DNA of 63,581 bases, counting the filler, from Hyphochytrium catenoides (Eukaryota > Protista > Hyphochytriomycota), in assembly GCA_900088475.1 (NCBI GenBank). It is 11 parts of 11 records of this genome, joined end to end, with 100 filler letters (N's around TTAATTAATTAA, not from the genome) between each part and the next. Parts side by side here need not be neighbours in the genome. Positions count along the whole stretch, not along the records: positions 24,204 to 47,457 come from FLMG01001993.1; positions 47,558 to 52,624 come from FLMG01001229.1; 9 more parts are not named here. One strand, written 5' to 3'. Position numbers and translations under genes: made by a program. The stretch's first letter is position 1; the number at the start of each line of letters is the position of its first letter. Positions 37,231 to 50,728 of this stretch are shown piece after piece. The notes below the pieces were generated by a model. That model was given only the letters and a program-made list of their open reading frames with translations. It had not been told where the DNA came from and did not search any database.

Positions 37231-38376
37231 TGTGGAGTCGAGCTTTGACTGCCTGCTTTTGGGCATTGACATCAATCATTATGTCACGACAGTCTGCCTT
37301 CGACCTCTAATAATATTTGAAAAGAAGGGCGCACTCTTCTCTCAGATCGTGTACGTTGATTCGGTCGTTAGATGACGACAATAATATTCAGGGGAAGGTT
37401 AGCAAGGCTACCGATGAAGATGATAATGTCTTACAATATAAATAGCTAGGGAAGACTAATAAGATAAGCCATACAAAACAATAGAAATACAATCATAACC
37501 TACAATAATATATTAATAACGAAGAGTGGAAGAAAAGGTTCTCTCTCCTGTGCCTGTGCCTCCCTCGTCCTACATTCAAAACTCCCTTCCTTCCTTCTTA
37601 CGTTGTTCTCATAATAGTACTCTTGACTAAAATCTTCGTTATACGCTGTAGCAGGCAATGGGTACTATAGGATGAAAGGATAATGATCACTCAGTGATGA
37701 TTCCTCTATAGAAGAAGGCTTATTATATTCCGATGCAGAGATCGATGATGATGAAGATTGAGCAGACTGAAGGGAGGTTTCTGAAGCTTTCCGTTAACAG
37801 CTTTCTTCTGTTTCACCCTTACTCTGTCTCGACGACCACACTCCGCAGTTTAGGACCGCTGCACATATCTTCGCTCCTCTGTCTTACAGAACCAACCGCT
37901 GGCCTGCTTTTGTGCCTCTGGCTTTCTGGCTTCTGGGGTTGAAGTTCTGATGGAGTACTCAACCGTATCAGTGAGAGGGGCCCACTTCTCTCTCACCCCT
38001 CTGGCTCGGTCCTTTATTCTATAGAACCGCCTCTGTCTCAATTTGCTGTCTACCATTTCTCCTCTTTTGGTTTCTTTCTTCCCGCTCTGTCTTAGCCATC
38101 TTGTCTATTTTGGTTTTCTCTGTCTCTCGCTCTAAGAAGCCTCTTCACGATTTCTCTTTGTCTCTTTCTGTCTCTCTTTCTTGCTCTCTCTCTCTCTCTC
38201 TCTGCCTCTTTGAGATCTATCTTCACCCACAGAGATCCTAGCTAGCGCCACACCGCGAGCTCCGCCGAAAGGGAAGGTCTGGCGTCTGTCGCAAGCTCTC
38301 AACTGTTCGCAGAGCCTCTTTTGCCATCACCTGGTAGCCGGAGCCCTATCTCTTCAGTTCTAAGCCCTTCTCAAAG

Positions 38377-41300
38377 ATGCTCTCAAGCGTATCCCGAAGG
38401 CTTGTTAACGCTCTTACTGGGCCTGCCATCAGGAGACCGCTGCTAAGGGCCTCCAACCCTGCTTTCGTCTCTTCTATCAAGCCATTTAACCAGGTAAAGC
38501 CTCCTAACCCCTTCCTTCCTAAGCGCCAGAAGAAGGCATAGTACATAGCGCCTCTACGTCAATCTGCCTGAGACTTCCGCTCTCTTGTGCTTCTCTCTCT
38601 TTCTCCTTGTCTCGGTCCCTCTCACTTTGGCTATTTGTTGCTCAATACTCATGTTTCCCGGGCGCTAGGCTTCGCAAAGGTGGCTAAGCGTGGCTCATCG
38701 CGACGAGAAGACGGCTGTTCTTATTGAGACGGAAGACGAGTCAGGTGGGACCATTTATGTTGACCTTCTCCTATTTTTCTCTCCTTCGTTTGTCTCCTGT
38801 GGTCTCTTCTTTCTGTGTGTGCTTGAATGGAAGCACTAGTCGGTCACCATAAGTCACTGGCCTTCAAGTTCCTTGCAGTTCCCTTGGCAGATCATGGTTG
38901 CTTACCTCGGCCTTTGCTGCTCGCCTTCCGTGTGGTCTCCCATCTCCCCCTGTTTTGGTCAGGAGCTTTGCAAGAAGCGCTTAAGTTCTTCTGGAAGCAC
39001 AATGTCAACATGACGCACATCGAGTCTCGTCCAGGAAGAGGAGATACCTACGCTTTCTATATAGATTTTGAGGGCAATACTCGCGATGAGAGAGTCAAGG
39101 CACTTCTAAAGGACCTTAAGGCTAACTGCCAGAACCTTATGATCATGGGAGAGAGACAGGGTAAGCATAGGACAGATGAAGGAGAGTGAAGCGCCAGAGT
39201 GCTTGAGGGTGATAACGAGGAGGGAGAGATGTGACTCCTATAGACTGGAAGAAAGAATGACAAGGTCTTTCTGATCCTGAATCGAACTTACGGTTCTGCC
39301 GTACGGCCCCGAGGCTGTCTCCATCTCGTCCAACTACACTTATTCACTCAGAGTTTCTGCTTCTGGAAGGTGCTAATCTGCTCTTTCATTTGTAAACAGT
39401 GCCATGGTTTCCGAGGAGAAAGGCGGACTTGGACACAGTTGCTGGACAGGTAATTATTGGATACGTTGCCCTGCTTTCCTTGCCGCTTTGGCTTTATTTG
39501 CTATCCACTTTTCCCGCTACCCACATATGACGCTGATCTCTTCGTTTTCTTTACAATTGGTGTCCTCTGCTCGACTCGATGTGTCTCGGTAGACCATGGA
39601 CGCAGGTGGAGAGCTATCTTCAGACCATCCAGGATTCAAGGTAAGACCAGCGTATATGCGGCCGCAAACGAAGTGAGATCTTGTTACCTCATGCATGTAC
39701 CGCCTAACATTCTCCTTATTCAACTAGGACCAAGAGTATCGCAAGCGTAGAGAAGAGCTGGCTGCCATTTCCAATACCTTTGAGATGGGGAAGCCGATCC
39801 CTCGGGTTACCTATACTGAAAGAGAGGTAATAACCCACAGCGAAAGAGAGATCATTAGTTATGGACAGAAAGCCCCAAGAAGAGTTGAATCCCTCGCGGG
39901 TCAGGGTTGTCCTTCTCCCTGCGCTATAACCTCAATCTGCGCTGACGATCTCGTCTTTGACTTCACCGGCTACCGTGCCCAGATTGCGACATGGCGTACA
40001 GTGTGGGAGAAGCTTATGCCCCTCATGGATCAGTACGCATGCAAGGAGTACAAGTACATTCTCCCGCTTATGAAGAGCGAGTGCGGGTATGCGCCGGATA
40101 ACATCCCCCAGGTCAAGACAATCATCAGCCTTGCACATTTCTCTTGCTAACTCTCTTGTCTTCTGTAGGCCGAAGATATCTCCAGATTCTTAAATGAATG
40201 CACAGGTAAGAGAGAGATACAGGTAGAGATAGCCGATGCCCGTCGTAAGAAGCTGGCGGTAGAGGAGTAACAGAAGAATTCACGGGAGTACAGTGAGAAT
40301 CACCAGGCTTCGGATCTGCTTCTCTTCCGCCCGACACACGGCTAGAGGCTTTTTGCGGGTGCCCTTGGTCTATTCTGCCCTTTCGTTCTTGTGAGGCATA
40401 CTGCTTCCCATTTTTTCTGTCTTCTTGCGCAATTCTTCTCTCTTTTCCTTATATGTTGGCTCAATGGCGACTCTCCTCTCCTTACAGGCTTCACTCTTCG
40501 CCCTGTGGGTGGGCTGCTATCGTCCCGTGACTTTCTAAATGGTCTGGCATTCCGCGTGTTCTTCTCCACGCAATACATCCGCCACCACTCGGTGCCGCTC
40601 TACACGCCAGAGCCCGATATCTGCCATGAACTTCTTGGACATGCTCCAATGTTTGCGGTGAGACAAGATGGCGCAGTTGTCTTGTCTCCATTTCCATTAG
40701 TTGTTATCCATGTGGCCGAGTCTGCTAGTGAACAATTATTACGCTTGCCGTCTAATTTTGTTATCTTGCCGCCTGGCTTGGTCGCGCCTTGCTGACCTTT
40801 GGAGTACAGGACCCGGACTTCGCGGACTTCTCGCATGAAATCGGGCTTGCATCCTTGGGGGCTTCAGATGAGGATATCCAGAAGCTGGCTACGGTGAGCA
40901 TATGAGGCCGTTAGAGAGAAGGTTTATCCAGTGGGAAAATGAAGCCAGGAGCGCGGCTTGAATATTGCCAAAGACAAATAGGCGTTTACCTTATAATCCG
41001 TCAGATAGGCTGAAGGAACAGAAGGCGTGACATAGCACCACTTTCCACGAGAAGGGAGAGACCAGAAAGAGAGAGAAGGGTAGAATACGGGGACACCTTG
41101 ACTGGACGCTTTCTGATCCCGCTCCAATATTCTCAGTGCTACTGGTTCTCGGTGGAGTTCGGACTCTGCCGTCAGGATGGTGCCCTGAAGGTGAGACTTA
41201 CGTTATAATTTTGACCTTATAGGCAAGGCTTGGGCCCCTCGAAATATTTGGAACTCACTTTGTACATACATCTCACCTTACGTCCCTTGCAGGCCTACGG

Positions 41301-42063
41301 TGCTGGCCTTCTCTCTTCGTTTGGAGAACTAGAGTACGCTTGCTCCCCCACTCGTCCTGCAGGCGACAGGGATGNNNNNNNNNNNNNNNNNNNNNNNNNN
41401 NNNNNNNNNNNNNNNNNNNNNNNNNNNNNNNGTATCAGCCAAAGTACTTTGTAGCGGAGAGCTTGGTAAGCTAGTCCCCTCTCTATCGCCCCCTTTGTGA
41501 GGAAGGTCTCCCACCTTCTACATTGGGCCCAACCCTCTTATCGCAGTTCAGAGTATATAAACGTACCCTTGTGCTTGTACCCCGTACTTTCTCTGGCCTC
41601 CTCAAGCGCACTTTGTTTTCCTTGTCTTTTTCTTGACTCTTTTTCGCGGCACTGTCTTGACTCTGCTCTTTCTTCTCACTGCGGTTGCAGGCTGATGCCA
41701 AGGACAGAATGCGAGATTTCTGCGAGAAGCTTAAGAAGCCCTTCCACGCAAGGTGAGCGATGTGACGTCGTTGCACTTACACGCATCCTCTGGCTGGCCA
41801 GCTTCTCTGTCGCACAGGTCCTAACCCCTGATATAGATCTCTTTTGTTGGGGTTGTCCCATAGCCTCTGCTTTTAGGGCTCCAAGATGATTCTTTACGAT
41901 GTCTCTAATCCTCCTTCCCAGGTATAACCCGTACACGCAGACAGTCTGGGTGGATCGCGCAGTGAAGGTTGTAGACACCGAGGAACAGAAAAAGAAGAAG
42001 GAGAAACTGGCACAGAAAGCAGCATCTCAGAAGAGTACTGCATCCTCTTCCGCAGTTGCATAA
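38377..42063 (+). CDS. PAH: Phenylalanine-4-hydroxylase with ACT regulatory domain and N-terminal presequence; about 14-15 exons, N gap 41375-41431 within the coding region
   Basis: ACT: [24 protein letters not shown]. Catalytic domain: [70 protein letters not shown] and VEFGL (Fe ligands His/His/Glu), [19 protein letters not shown]. Stop is TAA. Confidence 0.95.
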
Positions 42064-42858
42064 TCGCGCACACAACAGAGCTTTTTATGCGTGCCTGTTT
42101 CCTCTATCTGCTGTTCTTCTCCTTCTGTTTCCTTTCATTCGCTTCACCGAGCTCCCACAGAGTCTGGTTTGTCCTTAGTACCTGTCCAGAGCAAAAGAGA
42201 ATGGCCTCGAATCATTCACTTGTACCTCTAATAGAGTAATAAGCAGACTGAGTGGCACCAAGGAACAGCATTGTGTCTGTCACCTCAAAAATACTGGATA
42301 TGGTCTACCCTTCACTGAGAACCTTATTGGCAGGGGGCCATTACATCTCCCACTCCCTTCAAGCTCTAAGAAACTATCTCACAGCTCTCAATCGCCGCTT
42401 TGCACTTCTTCAGCTGGCGGTGGCGCATTCTCCCCAATAGCGTGCATCTATTTTGTGAGAGAGTAGACCTCAAAGAAGAGAAAAGCGGCCAAGGTGGGGC
42501 CTTACAGGCTGGAATGAGTTATTTATGAGTTAGCAAAAGATTGAAACTTCTTTCCTTGCAAGGCTGTGTTCTGCGTGCTTTCCCATAGATAACTTATAGA
42601 GAAAAGACAACGAAAAGCAGTGCAGAGTCACAGACGGGAAATAGCAATGGAGAGTGAGAATATGAGAGAGATATAGGGACAGGCATCCCCGCATCAATGG
42701 TACAAGAGAGCATAAAATACAAAGTCAAAGGGCATAGAAGAAGAGCTCTTCGGTGTCCGATATAGCATTGAAGACAACGAAGGAAGTGTTCCCAGAAGAG
42801 GAGAGAAGTTCTTCTTGGGCCATGGGCTCCCTTTCAACAGGATGAAGCAGGAAGGAGA

Positions 42859-45800
42859 TTAACCCTCAGACGTGTCGCCGGCCATAGGGTGGGTCTCTTC
42901 ATTCCCTTCGTTGAGCTCATGAACGAAGCCTTCCCCAATAATCTCGCTGCAGTTGAGACTATCTCTATAGTCCTCTATGAAGGAGAAGCGCTTGAATGTG
43001 TCCTCAGTTATCTGAGGGTTTGAGCGAGACGAGGGAGTGGCAAGCAAAAAGAAGGAGCGCTCCGATGGAGATGTAAACGCCTCTTTGGGATCCAAAGAGA
43101 GAAGTCGCGGGTCAAAGTACTGAGAATCCTCCCAATTCTGCGAGACAACGAAAGGCAGAAAGTCAGGAGAGATAGAAATCTGAGCTGGGATGTGTTGTTC
43201 CTTTCTTTTCTCTTCTTAGTTAAGTTTCCTCGATCTCTTTCCCGCCTCGCCCCTGCTATTTGCAACGTTTTCTCGCTAGTTCACCGCCATGTCCCGCTTC
43301 GCGATCGCAATTCATAAGAGGTTGCTGCAGTCTCCCCTTACCTGATCGGGCAGCCAGGGGGGTGGTAACTGCTTTCTTGATAGCTTCTCCCAGTTTATCA
43401 GAGAAAAGTAAGGCTGAGAAGTAATGGCAGAGAGGGAAGATCCCAAGCGCCGCTCTGGGTCCTTCACAAGGAACTTCTGCTCCCAGATAGCAGGACGCGA
43501 GGAAGATCATAGAGGAGAAGTCAAAGAGAAAGGAAATTGAGCGGGAAGGTACAGAGGAGCCAAAGGAAAGCAATATGAGTAAGGACGTGATAGTGCGTAA
43601 CGTTAACCTGCCATGATGATGACGAAGAGATGCTGGAAGATAACGTGCGGCACCTAAAAGTCCATGCACAGATGGGCCGATGACATAACGCTCATGCGAA
43701 GATCACTCATTAAAAGGGGAAAGTAGGCTGTGGCCCGAGCATGGTAGGAAGTAAATAGTACAAGGTGGAGAAACCAGAACTTCTACTCGCTTCCCAGGTC
43801 ATCTAAAGTATCCCTCTCTCCTCCCCTGCTCTTCCTCCAAACCATCTTCTCCGCGGACGATACCTTGATAATATCTCTTGTTAGGGAGTCAAGCTTGGGG
43901 TGAGCGGGGAAGGCTACGTCTTCTCTTTCTATCATCCGGTACATCACTTCCAAGTTCTTGTGGTGGAAGGGTCGTCGACCGAGGGACATTTCATAGATCA
44001 TGACACCTGAGGCATCGTGCAAGTCACCGAAAAGCGTGAGTGACAGGAATAATAGATTGAGCAGGATATAGAGGATAAGAGTCTAGAGACCTTGGGCATA
44101 GAAGATGCAATAATCTCCACTAGGGCGATTAGGTCATTGCCTGCCCTAGGCTGCCCGTCTACATCTAGAGGCGCGATAAGCCTTCAACCCTCATGTGTCC
44201 TAAACCTATATGCCGTTGCTTCAGGGAACACCTACCTAAACACCACCAGTCCACTGCGCTGCCATAACTTCTCTCTTTCTTTGGTTTCAATAGCTCGGGA
44301 GCCGTGTAAGCCGGTGAGCCTGCCAAAGTTCGTCCGCCCTCCTTGGCTGTACAATGGAGTTTAGCAAGACCAAAGTCCACCAGAGCGATATGACCCTCGG
44401 CATCAATCATGACGTTATCCGGTTTGAGATCCCTAAGAATGGAAGTCAGAACAACCAAGGGCTCGTCACTATGCCTAATGAAGACTTCGTATGCCTTATG
44501 ACAAGAGGTAAATGCGAAGAATAGTCGAAATGGAGAGGAAAAAGCTAGGCGTGATAACAGAGACCTCAAACAGAAGGTTAACAATCTCCAATTATTGCCC
44601 TGCATAGGTAGAATAAAGCCCGATGCTCATGCCGAGGAATTTGGCGCTACCTATAGCAGACTCCAAGCTGATGCAGGTGGTCGAGCGCCAATACTATCTC
44701 TGATGCATAGAACCGTACTCTCTCGCCATCCAGCGGCCTAGGTCCTTTCTCGGGGTGTAGGTGGCTGTAAAGGCTGCCACCGATGTAGAAATCCATTCCT
44801 AAGTACAGCTTGTTCGTTGTCTGGAAGGAGAAACTGCAGCCAAATAGCAGTCAGAGAAGCGAACTAGACTTATGGACGGGTAATCTGATGGATGTGCGAA
44901 GTGAAACAACTATCTTCACGTATCGGACTCCAACAATGAGGCGGTGCAAAGAAGAGAAAGGGTGAAGTGAAGCCGAGAGCGCGACCCTACCGCAGACTGG
45001 CTATAAAGGGGTGATTGACATCCCTAAGAATCTGCATCTCGGTCAGTGTGCCGCTTATATCATGCTTCGTCATCGAGGGTTTATCTAATATCTTGATGGC
45101 AAACATCTCTTTACTCTCAAGCTTGCGAGCCATTACGACCTAAGGTGTAGGAGGAACGGAAATTTACAACATGAACTAAGTAGCCAGTGGGCTAACTGGA
45201 GCCAGACCAGATGGCGAAGGTAAAGGCCAACCACTAACAACGTCCGAGATCCAGCAATGCCACATCAGGACGCAGGGCAAAGAGATGTTCGTATAACCCA
45301 GGGTGCAAAACGAAATCTTAGCTTTTCACTGCCGGAAACCCTTTATGTCTTAGAGGGAAAAAAGGAAAAGCATGTCACTACCCGGGACAGCATCAAATAG
45401 GCTACTGACTTAGTGCCGCAGAGCTAAGAGAAACAGAGAAAGAAGCTACTCGCACCGTTCCAAAGCCTCCTCTTCCCAGTACCCTGAAGATCTCGAAGTC
45501 ATGGATGGATAGGGCTTGGACTCTCTTCGTTCTGCAGGCGTAAGGGTCTACCTCATCATAGTCTTTATAGTACAAAGTCCTCAGATACTTCTCTTCGGTC
45601 AACATATTGAGACTCTCCACCCGTCCACCAGGGGTCAGAGACAGTTGGAATTCCATTCCCGACCGGAGACATACGGAGCGGCGAGGAAGACAGAGGCGGA
45701 GAGAAAGATGTGCGACACAGGCGTTTCCTGCTGCCTGTAAATGTCTGCAGTCCATACCGATGACCTCTATGTTCCGAAAGAAAGCGTTAAGGAGGAAGAA

Positions 45801-47262
45801 GAACCCCTCTTTCCCATGGTACTCTCCTCCAGTGAGATATCCCCAGTGGACGTTGGTCACAATAACGATATCACTACATACAACTGCACAATCAAAGAAA
45901 TGAAGCCTTTTAGCAGGCGAAGAAAGAGGATGAAGAATAAAGGAGGAAAGGCAGCCCTAACGGACTCAGAAAGTGCTTGAGACTGTGGGACAGGAAGATT
46001 GGACGGAGCTGGAGCTAGGGGAACAACCGGCCGCTCAACGCAATCCCGGAGCTAGGTTTGATTCTCAGACAAAAAAATAGAACGGGCGAGAAATCCCTTG
46101 TGCACGCGGGAAGAGTACGCGAGTAATGGGGGGAGAACAGAGACCAATGAAAGCAGAGAAGGGCAAACACACTAATGATATTGAACGACAAGTAGGCAAG
46201 CAAGATACACTCGTAGCATGACACGGAGGGTAAAGCGGAAAATATTGTGAGACAATCTCCAGAGAAAGACCCAAACGCGAGAGGTGGCCGTGCCGACCTT
46301 GAAACATATTGAGAACTTCTTCAATGGCCTGGGTGGTGCCCCAAGACGAGAGACAGAGCCTCTCAAACCTCTTGATAAATTCCTCTGCAGCCGCTCTAGT
46401 CCTAGCCGTTATGTCTTCTAGTTTACGAGTTGGCATAAGACTCCTGGAAGGAGCGCGAGGATGCACCGGCGCCATCTTATGCTTCTAAAACACCGATTGG
46501 ACTTAGACGTCAGGTATATAGACAGAACGAGAAGGCTGGAGAGATGTAAAGCCGCGTAGAGCGTGAGGCCAACCATGAGCAGCAGAGAAAGGTGAATGCG
46601 ACTATGGCAGTGAATGGGACACTGCTAGCTAGATGGAAGTGAAGACGTTCATACAAGAAGGTCGATCAAAAAGTCGAGGGCACACACTCTTCAGGACCAG
46701 TGCAGTCTTCAAGGATCACCTTTCGTATATCCTCGAAAGCGAGCCCTCTCCTGATCATTCTGACCCACATCATCTTGTCCATGTCGTACGCGGCTTTGAC
46801 ATGAAATTTGTCCCCATCCTGAGTTTCGATATCAAAGCACTCGTCTGTTTCCTCCCTCTCTAAGACTCTTCTTATAATAAACCCGCCTCGTGCTTGTCTT
46901 CGCTTTGCCTTCTCCTTAGAAAGATAGTCTGTGGCAACGTCATAAGACACCTAAAGAAAGTGGCGCCGAAGAAGAGGAAGGATTCTTGCCGCAGACAAAG
47001 ACAGGCAAGCTCAAACAATGGGGAGAAGAAAGATGGAGCTAGTAGCGAAAGCCTGGTGCAATGAGAGCTGGAGGCCAGAACCGAGGAAGTTGGGCAGAAG
47101 GGAGTACCTACAGGTCATCATGTTGCCCTTCAACAGGCAGTATCGTGGCCGCCAGGACTTGAAGAAGTTTCCCCTCTTCCATAGAGAGCCTTCCCACTCA
47201 ACGATGCGGGTATAACCCCCGTGGGAGCCTCGAAATAGACCATGAGTCTCAAGGCTGCGGGT
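42859..47262 (-). CDS. AGC-family (Akt/SGK-like) kinase with PH domain and SnoaL/NTF2-like domain; 5'-partial, multi-exon
   Basis: PH: [30 protein letters not shown]...DKMMWVRMI. Kinase: [61 protein letters not shown]-tail has the hydrophobic motif FKRFSF; stop is TAA. Confidence 0.93.
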
Positions 47263-47557
47263 CTACAGTGAGGGCAGAGAAGAGGACGGATGAGGGAATA
47301 GAAAGCCTAGGCAAGTGTGGGCCGCAAGGGGCGGCCTAGAATGGTGAAGAAGAAGAATACCAACAGAACCGGACTGAAGAGGAGGCAGAAGCAGCTCATA
47401 TGAAGACCCGATATCAGGGTATCAGCATTGCAACAGAAGAACAGCCAACGCGTGACANNNNNNNNNNNNNNNNNNNNNNNNNNNNNNNNNNNNNNNNNNN
47501 NTTAATTAATTAANNNNNNNNNNNNNNNNNNNNNNNNNNNNNNNNNNNNNNNNNNNN

Positions 47558-48248
47558 GTCCGAAAATAGTTGAAGGCGCCGATGGCCCCGTAGTTATTGA
47601 TAATTCCTCAGCCTTCCGCTATGATCCTGAGGTGCCGCTCGTCATTCCCGAGATTAACGGCTATAAAGTGAAAAATGCGCGCTTGATAGCGAATCCGAAC
47701 TGCACAACGGCGGTGGCGGCGATGGCGCTGTGGCCCATTCATTGCCGGTTTGGACTGAAGAAGGTCATTATCTCGACCTATCAGGCTGCCAGCGGGGCAG
47801 GGGCAGAGGTAAGAGAGGAGTTGAAAGAGGAGTGTTGGCAAAGATGGGGGAGAGCGAGACAGGAACCAAGAGCGATGGAGAAGTAGCGTCAGAAAGAGAG
47901 AGCTAAAGAGAGGAGCTTGTGTTACTATATTGTGGGGCGAGAGTCAAGGAAGAGAGAGAGAGAGAGAGAATTCAGTGGAGCGCAGGAGAGAGTTAAGAAG
48001 GGGACAGACAGAGAGGGAGAGGACATGCGGTAGTTTATGGCCTATTGCTAAAGCTTTGAGCTTCAGGGAATGGAGGAGCTGCTGAATGAGACGAAGGCAG
48101 TCATCAATGGACAAAAAGCAGGTAAGCCCTTTCAAAGAGCCAGAAGATTGTAGATGAAGGGCAGAAGCGTGCACCTAGACAGTGATGCAGAGTACCCGGA
48201 GATAGTTGTGAAGAGAGAAAAAGAGAGAGAGAGGGAGAGAGAGTAACA

Positions 48249-48301
<53 letters not shown>

Positions 48302-49575
48302 GAAGATAAAGGTTTTGGGACCTTAAAGCGAGAGTAGCAATAGGGTTGCACGCATATGTTTTCCCGTTCTCCCCATGTCAGGTCTCTCACGTCGTCCCCC
48401 GCCCTCTCTCCTCTCTCTTTTCCCTCGCTCTGTCCCTGTCTTTCACAGGCAATAAGATCTTCGCACATCCTCTGCCTTTCAACGTTGTGCCACACATTGA
48501 CTCCTTCCAGCAAAACGGTTATACAAAGGAAGAGATGAAAGTTTTGTGGGAGACGAGAAAGATCTTCGATCTTCCTTCTCTCGCTGTCTCCTGCACGGCA
48601 GTCCGAGTCCCAACTCTAAGAGCACATGCTGAGGCTTTGACCATAGAGACAATGCTGCCTATAACTCCTGAGGGCGCAAGGTAAGGCCATGAGGGAGACC
48701 AAGAAATAAGAGAGCAGAGGGAGAGAGGAGAGAGAGAGATAGAAGAGAGAGATAGGAAGAGAGAGATAGAGAGCATGTGGGCTTGGGAGAGCGTCTTCTC
48801 TGTTTTCTTGTTTCTTCTCTCTGCTACTGTCTCCCATCCTTACTCCTATGTGGCGTTCCTCTGTTATTCTTTCCGCTATTTTCCTGGAAGCAGACTCCTA
48901 TCCTTCCATATCTTCTCGGTCTATGATATTGGTGCTTACTGTGACTCCTCGTTGGCCTCTCTCTCTCTCTTCTTTGTTCTCCCTCCCTGCTCTTTATGAT
49001 GCTATTTCTGTCTCTCTCTCTCTCTCCTTTCCTCTCTCTCTCACGCACACCTTCCCGCGGTCTCCTTCTCTTCCCTGACCACTCTCTCTTGGTCGCACTT
49101 TCTTCCTTTCTCCTCTCCCTATCTTCTGTCCATAACTGGATGCTCTCTCTCTCTTTCCTTCTCTCTCCTGTCTTCCACCAGAGATGTACTCAGGGTTGCC
49201 ACCGGTGTCCAGCTGCAAGACTCTCCTGAAGAGAAAGTGTACCCGATGCCTCTCTCTGCCTCGGAGAAATATGACGTCGAAGTGGGGAGGATCCGGCAGT
49301 CCACTGTATATAATAACTATGGACTAGACCTCTTTGTCTGCGGTGACCAACTGCTGAGAGGAGCAGCGCTTAACGCTGTGTTAATAGCAGAGTGCCTAGA
49401 GACACCTCCTCTCTCTGCCTCTCTCCAAGGAGAGAGAAAGAAGTTCCGTCCCCCTGTGAGAGAGAGTCTAACACATTCTCTCTCTTCTTCTCCTGTCTTC
49501 CTCCCACTGGTGGTGGGGACAACGGCACTGGTGACCTTAGGACTGAGCTCTGTTTGGCGACGCTATGGATATTAA
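47558..49575 (+). CDS. asd: Aspartate-semialdehyde dehydrogenase, 5'-partial, with C-terminal hydrophobic extension (exons 47558-47808, 48067-48121, 48449-48680, 49182-49575)
   Basis: [26 protein letters not shown] (catalytic Cys), [32 protein letters not shown] (catalytic His), [18 protein letters not shown]. Confidence 0.96.
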
Positions 49576-49853
49576 CTTAGACAAATAGTAGATCTCTTCC
49601 GGATCTCTTTTCACCACTTCTCGGTCTCTCTCTCTCTCGCTCTTTTTTTGCTTTCCTTCAATCTTTCTCTCTGTACCTGTCAAGGCGTTATGAAAACGAA
49701 GAGAGAGAGAGAGAAACAGAAAGAGACCTGGAGCTGGAGCTTGACAATAAATAAAAGCAGTCCACCTTTGAGCCGAAGAGTGCAAGAGAGAAGAGAGACA
49801 CGGAAAAGAGACCCTACTCTACTCAGTTACTTACCGATGAGAATGGGTCGTGG

Positions 49854-49924
49854 CAGTCAGCTGGTCCCTTTCCCTCTTCTCTCTCTTGACAGTCAGCTGG
49901 TCCCTTTCCCTCTTCTCTCTCTTG
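49854..49924. repeat. Perfect two-unit tandem duplication, period 36 bp
   Basis: CAGTCAGCTGGTCCCTTTCCCTCTTCTCTCTCTTG occurs at 49854 and again at 49890. Confidence 0.9.
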
Positions 49925-49959
49925 TTCTCTCTCTCGTTCCCTCTCTCTCTCTCTCCTCT

Positions 49960-50689
49960 TTATTCAGCCCCGGTACTGCCGGGGAGACAGTGGCTAAGGC
50001 TCATCCCTGCCACTCCAAGTTCTTTGGCAGAAGGTCCCCTGTTTAGCTTCCTGCTCCCTCTGCTGCTGACGCTACTACCAGACCCAGCGCGCTGAGAAGA
50101 TGGGAGAGAGAGAGAGAGAGAGACAGGATAAGTTAAAGGGAAAGGAAAGAGACAGATAAACGGGAAGTGTGAGCAGAGGAAGAGAGACAGGGAGGAAGAG
50201 AGAAAGAAAGACGGAAGGTTGAGGGGAGAAGGACAAACGTACCATCGAGGCATAAAAGCAAAAAGGTCACGCTGAAGGACAAAGGAGACAGAGGAATGGC
50301 AACGAGGAAAGGAGGAGAGAGAGATTCAACAGAGAGAGAGTAAGAAAGACAACAAGTAGACAGGAAAGAGGGCGATGGAGATGAGGCGCAAAGGAGAGAG
50401 AGACACACATACAAGAGACATTTTTAGAGGTGAAAGAAAGGATGGCGGTAGACAACGTTGGAGACAGGAAGAGAGAAAGAGTGTTTTGTCTGCGGGAGAG
50501 GAAAGAGAGAAAATGGGAGAGCGAGAGAGAGAAGGACAGCTTACAAGAGGGAGAGGAAGAGAGAGGCACATACTGGCAGAGAGAGGAAACGTGAGAAGGG
50601 GGGCTAAGACGGAGACGCAGACGGAGAGGCTGACGGATCACCAGAAAGAGACAGGCAGACAGAGCGAGAGAGGGAGACTGACGGAGAGG

Positions 50690-50728
<39 letters not shown>

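Noticed and set aside
38377-49575. PAH + kinase + asd as an amino-acid metabolic cluster or bacterial operon/HGT island
   Set aside because: asd lies beyond the spacer at 47458-47557 on another scaffold, and all these genes have spliceosomal introns.
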